IMG/VR virus record: IMGVR_UViG_3300045988_113695
Location: 1 to 5,423 of that record
From: a virus
Direction: 5' to 3' (one strand)
DNA length: 5,423 nucleotides
Both the position numbers and the translations under genes were made by a program. The notes beneath the pieces were generated by a model, which did no database searches, was not told where the DNA came from, and saw nothing but the letters and a program-made list of their open reading frames with translations. Positions 1 through 4,105 of this stretch are shown one piece after another (position 1 is the first letter of the stretch; the number at the start of each line of letters is the position of its first letter).

Positions 1-55
1 GGCATTCCTACTGTCAAGGTATATCTCCGTCTTTGAGAAGAAGATCTAAATTTGA
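1..55. repeat. Terminal redundancy. Bases 1-55 are identical to 5369-5423, a circularisation overlap of a circular genome of about 5368 nt.
   Basis: There is an exact 55-nt match between the two window ends. The reading frame of the capsid gene is preserved across the junction. Confidence 0.9.
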
Positions 56-449
56 CTATTATTGGCCTGAGTTTGCTAATCTTGGTGAGCAACCTGTTTA
101 CAAATCTCAGTTGTTTTTTAATGGTAATGGTATTCCCGGTTCAACTGGTGATTCTGTATTTGGTTTTCAAGAATATGCTGCTGAGTATAGAGAATTCAAT
201 AATGAGGTTCATGGCCATATGCGTCCGGATGTTTCTCAATCCATAGCTATGTATAATTTCTGCGATTCTTATGCTTCTGCTCCTGTTCTTAATAGTGATT
301 TTATGAAAGAGAGTCCTAAGAATCTTGATAGATCCTTGGCTGTTGTTTCTTCTAAAGCTTCTCAATGTATTGCTGATTTCTATTTTAAAGGTTCGATTGC
401 TCGTGAGATGCCTGCATTCTCCATACCTTCTAAATTAGGTGGATTCTAG
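1..449 (+). CDS. VP1: Major capsid protein VP1 (F-like), C-terminal part. It runs in frame (frame 3) from the window start to TAG at 447-449 and is the continuation of the ORF that leaves the window at 5423, because 5369-5423 equals 1-55. The track's start at 33 is an internal TTG, not a real start.
   Basis: Frame 3 has no stop from base 3 to 449. Translating across the junction (...LRYRHSYCQGISPSLRRRSKFDYYWPEF...) is seamless. The product is long with T-biased third positions like the other genes, and it continues an ORF with an unmistakable Microviridae capsid N-terminus. Confidence 0.88.
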   Translation, partial: HSYCQGISPSLRRRSKFDYYWPEFANLGEQPVYKSQLFFNGNGIPGSTGDSVFGFQEYAAEYREFNNEVHGHMRPDVSQSIAMYNFCDSYASAPVLNSDFMKESPKNLDRSLAVVSSKASQCIADFYFKGSIAREMPAFSIPSKLGGF

Positions 450-451
450 TT

Positions 452-1111
452 ATGCCAGAATATCCTTCAAGTGCGGTGAATTCTCCTGCAATTGCTGGTA
501 GACCTGATGGTTCATATCCTTATTCTGGTCAAATTGCTCAATGGACTAGTGATATATTTGGAATTGGTGATCCTGAACATCCTTATGCTAAAGGTTCTGA
601 CAGGTGGTTTAATGCCTATGAATCTGCTGTTGATTTTGATCGTAATGTTGCTTTAACTAGAGCTAACAATGAGTTTAATGCTGAGGAAGCTCAGAAGGCT
701 CGTGATTGGTCTGAACAGATGTCCAACACTGAAGTGCAAAGACGTATGAATGATCTTAAAGCTGCTGGTGTAAATCCTATGCTTGCTTATCAGTCTGGTG
801 CTGCTGGTGCTTCCACTCCTTCATCAGCTGTTGCTAGTGCTGGTAGTCCTGCTGTTTCTCATACCAATACTTCTCCAAAACATACTTCTAAAGCTCCACT
901 TCTCGGTACTATGCTTTTGATAGCTGGTAAAGCTGCTCTTACTGGTACTGCTTCGGCTAAAGATGTTGCTGGTATTACTGAGGCTGTTTCTGGTGCTGTT
1001 AAGGATTCTGCTAAAGAGGTTTATAAACCTGTTGAACTTTCTCCTGAAGAAAGAAAGTTTGCTGAGCAATTGCTTAATGGTGATTATATTCCTCCTAAAA
1101 GTTCTAAATGA
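452..1111 (+). CDS. VP2: Minor capsid / DNA pilot protein VP2 (H-like), 219 aa.
   Basis: It starts 2 nt after the VP1 stop, with AGGTGG (436-441) placed 9-10 nt upstream. It contains the pilot-protein signature QRRMNDLKAAGVNPMLAY (about 737-790) followed by a long Ala/Gly/Ser/Thr-rich flexible region, typical of gokushovirus VP2. Confidence 0.8.
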   Translation: MPEYPSSAVNSPAIAGRPDGSYPYSGQIAQWTSDIFGIGDPEHPYAKGSDRWFNAYESAVDFDRNVALTRANNEFNAEEAQKARDWSEQMSNTEVQRRMNDLKAAGVNPMLAYQSGAAGASTPSSAVASAGSPAVSHTNTSPKHTSKAPLLGTMLLIAGKAALTGTASAKDVAGITEAVSGAVKDSAKEVYKPVELSPEERKFAEQLLNGDYIPPKSSK

Positions 1112-1120
1112 TGCTATAAT
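1112..1120 (+). promoter_or_regulatory. Extended -10 element TGcTATAAT directly after the VP2 stop. Candidate promoter reading into the hairpins and VP4.
   Basis: A consensus TATAAT at 1115-1120 has TG at -15/-14. No good -35 is present, and an extended -10 can compensate for that. Confidence 0.3.
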
Positions 1121-1176
1121 AGTTTTGGTAAAGAAATTTACCACTAGAATGGCCTCGTCTGTGTGTTAAACTGATA

Positions 1177-1209
1177 AAAGAGTGGATCTCATGCAGTCCA
1201 CTCTTTTTT
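1177..1209 (+). terminator. Intrinsic-terminator-like hairpin. A 10-bp perfect stem AAAGAGTGGA / TCCACTCTTT with a 10-nt loop is followed by a T-run of 6 (1204-1209). Because of the A-tract on the 5' side it could act in both directions.
   Basis: The inverted repeat is 1177-1186 against 1197-1206. The T-run shares three T with the 3' arm (1204-1206) and continues to 1209. It lies 65 nt after the VP2 stop. Confidence 0.55.
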
Positions 1210-1213
1210 GTTC

Positions 1214-1249
1214 AGTTGTACCCTTTGTCTTGATGTAAAGGGTACAACT
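1214..1249 (+). other. Second hairpin. A 13-bp perfect stem AGTTGTACCCTTT / AAAGGGTACAACT with a 10-nt loop lies immediately downstream of the first hairpin and just upstream of the Rep start. Candidate complementary-strand origin or regulatory structure.
   Basis: The inverted repeat is 1214-1226 against 1237-1249. There is no T-run after it. Confidence 0.5.
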
Positions 1250-1279
1250 GACACCATGCATGAAGAAAGGTTTAAAATT

Positions 1280-2437
1280 ATGAGTTGCTATCATCCATTA
1301 CATTGTTTTTATACAGGTCTTAAGACTAAAAAAAATAAAGATTTGGTTATTATTCAAAGTGGTGATTGTTTGGCTGTGCCTATTACTATTTTGTTGCGAG
1401 ATAAATACAAGGAACAAATGACTTCTGATGAACTTAAAGATTTGAAAATTGGTTATGATTATCTTGCTTTTAAGTATTCTAATTTTAAAGGCAAAAACCT
1501 TGTTTGTGAAGGAATGTTTACAAAGTTTAAAGAAATTCCTTGTGGAAAGTGTATTGGCTGTAAATTGGATTATTCTCGTACCTGGGCTATTAGATGCATG
1601 AATGAATTTGATAGTGTTGGGAAGGTTGGATTGTTTTTAACTTTGACTTATAGTAATGATAAAGTTAATGTTAGAGAATTTGATGTTTCTCATAAGGTTA
1701 TTGAAGCTTTCCCACCATTGAACATTAATTCCCACAATGGCAAAGCTGTTTATTCGGTTTTGATAAAAGAGGATTTACAGAAGTTTCAAAAGAGATTGAG
1801 AAAATATCTTGATGATTATTTTCCTGATGAAAAACATCATATTTCATATTTTTGCTGCGGTGAGTATGGTGGATCTACTTTTAGATCACATTTTCATGGT
1901 TGCTATTTTGGATTAGATAGAAAATATTTTCCTGATTTGAAAGTATTTAAGAATCATGGTACTACTTATTGGAAAAGTGCAATTTTAGATCGTATATGGA
2001 ATAAAGGTAATGTTATTGTTGGTGATATATCTTTTGAGTCTTGTGCCTATGTTGCAAGGTATGTTTTGAAAAAGAAAATGAATGATGCTATTGCTTGTCC
2101 TGCAAGTGAGAAATATCCAGAATTTGTATTGATGTCGAGGAGACCTGCAATAGGCCTTCGCTACCTTCTCGACAATCAAGCAGTTTTAACAGATACTGGT
2201 AAATTGGCCGTCCGCCGTAAGTCGTATTCTGTATCCGTTTCTTTGCCTTTGTTTTACAAACGTAAGTTAGGTGATCAGCTTGATTATCTTGATAGGTTTA
2301 AGCCAGACCCTTTTAAATCTTCGAACAATTTCGATTTAGCACAATTAAAAAATATAAATCGTATTTGTGAGAACGATTTAAAGGAAGAAATTAAAACTTA
2401 TCAAATTAAAGTGCTGAAACTTAGGAATAAAGTATGA
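1280..2437 (+). CDS. VP4: Replication initiation protein VP4 (A-like rolling-circle Rep, HUH endonuclease). Preferred start is ATG 1280 (MSCYHPL...). The open frame extends upstream to ATG 1208 and 1256, but 1208 lies inside a hairpin.
   Basis: RCR motif 1 FLTLTY is at 1634-1651, motif 2 HFH (RSHFHGCYF) at 1889-1897, and motif 3 YVARYVLKK with two Tyr at 2048-2074. There is an N-terminal PCGKCIGC Cys cluster. GAAAGG sits 9 nt before ATG 1280, and the N-terminus M-x-C-x-x-P resembles other gokushovirus Reps. Stop is TGA at 2435-2437. Confidence 0.9.
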   Translation: MSCYHPLHCFYTGLKTKKNKDLVIIQSGDCLAVPITILLRDKYKEQMTSDELKDLKIGYDYLAFKYSNFKGKNLVCEGMFTKFKEIPCGKCIGCKLDYSRTWAIRCMNEFDSVGKVGLFLTLTYSNDKVNVREFDVSHKVIEAFPPLNINSHNGKAVYSVLIKEDLQKFQKRLRKYLDDYFPDEKHHISYFCCGEYGGSTFRSHFHGCYFGLDRKYFPDLKVFKNHGTTYWKSAILDRIWNKGNVIVGDISFESCAYVARYVLKKKMNDAIACPASEKYPEFVLMSRRPAIGLRYLLDNQAVLTDTGKLAVRRKSYSVSVSLPLFYKRKLGDQLDYLDRFKPDPFKSSNNFDLAQLKNINRICENDLKEEIKTYQIKVLKLRNKV

Positions 2438-2505
2438 AAAATTATTATTATGTAATAATATTGAATTTGCTTGTGATTTTATGTAATGTAATTTTAATTT
2501 TGGTA

Positions 2506-2534
2506 TTGCTTTTTAAATGACACTATGATATAAT
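2506..2534 (+). promoter_or_regulatory. Sigma70-like promoter. The -35 is TTGCTT (2506-2511), followed by a 17-nt spacer and an extended -10 TGaTATAAT (2526-2534). It sits in the 122-nt AT-rich intergenic region upstream of the accessory ORF at 2560.
   Basis: It has a consensus -10 hexamer with a TG extension and a canonical 17-bp spacer to a TTG-containing -35. It lies in the only long non-coding stretch of the genome. Confidence 0.4.
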
Positions 2535-2559
2535 TACAATTGAAAAGAGGTAAAACTGC

Positions 2560-2928
2560 ATGAGGTATAAAGAATTTAGAGATGTTATGTTGTCGAAAGG
2601 ATATTCTGTTGTTGATGTTATGGATTGTATTCGTGATTTTTTACGAAGTGATGCTTGCTCTTCTTGGGTTTTGTTATCATTCAATCAGCATGTTGCTTTG
2701 TTTTGCGATCATATTATGGATCATTGCGAGAGAAAAAAAAGGCATTATGATCTTGATGATGCTTTTAACAAATTGATGGATATGTATAATGTTGAACACA
2801 GTTGGTTTGGTGATCGTCCTCTTGATGATGTATTTGATGATCTTTGTTATGATCTTTGGGAAGATTTTTGCCATTTGGATTCCCACCAGTTTGACGATTA
2901 TTGGCAAGATTTATTAAAGGATTGTTAA
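2560..2928 (+). CDS. Hypothetical protein, 122 aa, strongly acidic (about 24 Asp), Cys/His-rich with a CDHIMDHC cluster and a Trp-rich C-terminus. It has no recognisable family and sits in the accessory region.
   Basis: ATG 2560 is preceded by AAGAGG (2544-2549). The frame is open to TAA at 2926-2928. Codon usage (T-ending) matches the core genes. It is the first ORF after the long AT-rich non-coding region with a promoter-like element. Confidence 0.6.
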   Translation: MRYKEFRDVMLSKGYSVVDVMDCIRDFLRSDACSSWVLLSFNQHVALFCDHIMDHCERKKRHYDLDDAFNKLMDMYNVEHSWFGDRPLDDVFDDLCYDLWEDFCHLDSHQFDDYWQDLLKDC

Positions 2929-2952
2929 TATGCTTCAAGGTTGCATTAATGG

Positions 2953-2980
2953 AACTATCAGATCTCCTACTCTGATAGTT
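2953..2980 (+). other. Hairpin with a 10-bp perfect stem AACTATCAGA / TCTGATAGTT and an 8-nt loop, between the acidic ORF and the TM ORF. It abuts the AAAGGA RBS of the TM gene.
   Basis: The inverted repeat is 2953-2962 against 2971-2980. There is no trailing T-run. Confidence 0.4.
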
Positions 2981-2993
2981 AGAAAGGATTCAT

Positions 2994-3251
2994 ATGAATC
3001 AAGAAATGATTGTATCTGTTTCAAGTGCTGCGGCAAGTCTCTTCGTTGCGTTCTGCTCATTCCTTATTAGTTTCCTGAAGACTAAACAAGCTAATAAAGA
3101 AACTGAAGCTGCTAAGTTGAGATATGCTGAAGCTGTATTGAATGGTTGTTATTTGATTTGTCCGGATTGTGGTAGAAAGATTGATTTAAAGGATATTCAC
3201 TGGTATCAACAGTCTTCTACTTCTGATTTAATGAAAGGAACTACTAAATGA
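2994..3251 (+). CDS. Small membrane protein, 85 aa. It has one N-terminal TM helix (IVSVSSAAASLFVAFCSFLISFL) followed by KTK, then a charged C-terminal tail with a C-x4-C-P-x-C cluster. Candidate lysis or exclusion protein.
   Basis: ATG 2994 has AAAGGA 6-7 nt upstream. A hydrophobic 23-aa segment is followed by basic residues (positive-inside rule). Its stop TGA 3249-3251 overlaps the ATG of the next ORF. Confidence 0.55.
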   Translation: MNQEMIVSVSSAAASLFVAFCSFLISFLKTKQANKETEAAKLRYAEAVLNGCYLICPDCGRKIDLKDIHWYQQSSTSDLMKGTTK

Positions 3252-3361
3252 GAAAAAGAGAAAATTCCCATGCTCGACATGCTATATTTAGCACAACTGC
3301 TAGACGTACAAAGGCTGTTAATTTGCCTAGAATGAATTCAAGAGGTGGAATCAGATTATGA
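3248..3361 (+). CDS. Arg/Lys-rich mini-protein of 37 aa (MRKRENSHARHAIFSTTARRTKAVNLPRMNSRGGIRL). Candidate J/ORF8-like ssDNA-binding packaging protein. It is below the ORF-track size cut-off.
   Basis: The ATG at 3248 overlaps the upstream stop (ATGA), and AAAGGA (3232-3237) lies 10 nt upstream. There are about 10 Arg/Lys plus 3 His in 37 aa. Its stop TGA 3359-3361 overlaps the next ATG at 3358. Gokushoviruses (Chlamydia phage ORF8, phiMH2K ORF8) encode a similarly small basic protein. Confidence 0.5.
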   Translation: MRKRENSHARHAIFSTTARRTKAVNLPRMNSRGGIRL

Positions 3362-3606
3362 CTAAAATTGTATTTGAAGTTTTCGATAAAGTTTCTAAAC
3401 TTTATAGTGATCCTGTTGTAGTTGTGAACTTTGATGTTTATGCTAGAAATCTTTTAGATGCTGATTTTATTAGAAATCATTTAGATGATTTTGTTGTTTA
3501 TGAAGTCGGTTCTTTTGATGATGCTCTTGGAACTATTAAGATTTATCCTGAGCCTATTATTCATGAGTTAGGAACTTTGCAACATGGAACAAAAGAAAGT
3601 AAGTAA
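3358..3606 (+). CDS. VP5: VP5-like small non-structural protein, 82 aa. By position it would be the C-like DNA-synthesis/packaging factor, immediately upstream of VP3.
   Basis: ATG 3358 has AGAGGTGG 9 nt upstream. The size and position (between the Rep/accessory block and VP3) match VP5 in the usual gokushovirus order. I recognise no sequence motif, so the assignment is positional. Confidence 0.45.
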   Translation: MTKIVFEVFDKVSKLYSDPVVVVNFDVYARNLLDADFIRNHLDDFVVYEVGSFDDALGTIKIYPEPIIHELGTLQHGTKESK

Positions 3607-4105
3607 AGAAGAAATTGTTTCTATTCCTTCTGTCAATGTTTATCCATTTACTTTTAGAGCTTACAAAGATGAACCTTTGGATTTGTCTCGTACCAAAGAA
3701 TCTGTTTGGATTGAAAATGAAGATGGTCAGATTGTCCAAAATGGTTTTGAGGATGTGGATCTAAAAATTCAGAAAGCTGCTGAAGGTGTTTCTTTGATTG
3801 ATGTTTTGAGAAGGGATCAATTAGCTGATCAGAATTCTATTGCTCCTGTTAATGATGCTCAATTTGGTGATGTTTCAAAAGTTGAACATGATTTGGTTTT
3901 AGCTGATAAGCAAGCTAGATCTGCGATAGATTCTTTTAATAATCTTCCTGAGGCATTTCGTGCAATGTTTGACAATGATTATCGTAAATTTGCTCAATCG
4001 TTTAGTGAAGATTTGTTGAAAAAGTATATTGGTAGTGTTTATAAGCTTGATGATAAGAAAGTTGATAATAAGAAACTTGATGATAATCAGGAGGATAAAA
4101 AATAA
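3584..4105 (+). CDS. VP3: Internal scaffolding protein VP3, 173 aa.
   Basis: The protein is acidic, with an LPEAFRAMFDNDYRKFAQSF segment resembling the conserved C-terminal region of gokushovirus VP3, and a Lys/Asp-rich tail. Its stop TAA 4103-4105 overlaps the VP1 ATG (TAATG). It overlaps the 3' end of the upstream ORF by 23 nt in another frame. Confidence 0.72.
   Translation: MEQKKVSKEEIVSIPSVNVYPFTFRAYKDEPLDLSRTKESVWIENEDGQIVQNGFEDVDLKIQKAAEGVSLIDVLRRDQLADQNSIAPVNDAQFGDVSKVEHDLVLADKQARSAIDSFNNLPEAFRAMFDNDYRKFAQSFSEDLLKKYIGSVYKLDDKKVDNKKLDDNQEDKK

Noticed and set aside
1-55. 55-nt direct terminal repeat as a biological DTR of a linear genome or an insertion-sequence boundary.
   Set aside because: The capsid reading frame runs straight through the repeat and joins the two ends into one gene. 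That is the signature of a circular-assembly overlap, not of genuine termini.
141-365. Minus-strand ORFs (141-365, 824-1144, 1985-2179, 2677-2907, 3557-3739, 4288-4524).
   Set aside because: All lie antisense inside well-supported + strand genes. Their products are low-complexity and Ile/Lys/Asn/Phe-rich, as expected when reading the complement of T-rich codons. Microviridae code on one strand only, and none of these ORFs has an RBS.
33-449. Track ORF 33-449 as an independent 138-aa gene starting with M.
   Set aside because: The start is an internal TTG. The frame is open back to the window start and continues the VP1 ORF from 4105-5423.
1208-1279. ATG 1208 (or 1256) as the Rep start, giving the 409-aa ORF in the track.
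   Set aside because: ATG 1208 lies inside the first hairpin and T-run, and the first 24 codons run through the 13-bp second hairpin. Neither ATG has an RBS. ATG 1280 has GAAAGG at the right distance and gives the M-x-C-x-x-P N-terminus typical of gokushovirus Reps. The track ORF is kept only as an alternative.
2582-2776. Leu/Ile/Phe-rich hydrophobic ORFs nested in +1 frames (52-246, 963-1169, 2582-2776, 4223-4444, 5159-5347), which at first sight look like phiX E-type overprinted membrane genes.
   Set aside because: Each one is exactly +1 relative to the real gene. The genome's strong T bias at third codon positions puts T at the second position of the +1 frame, and codons with T in second position encode F, L, I, M and V. 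The hydrophobicity is therefore a compositional artefact. None has an SD.
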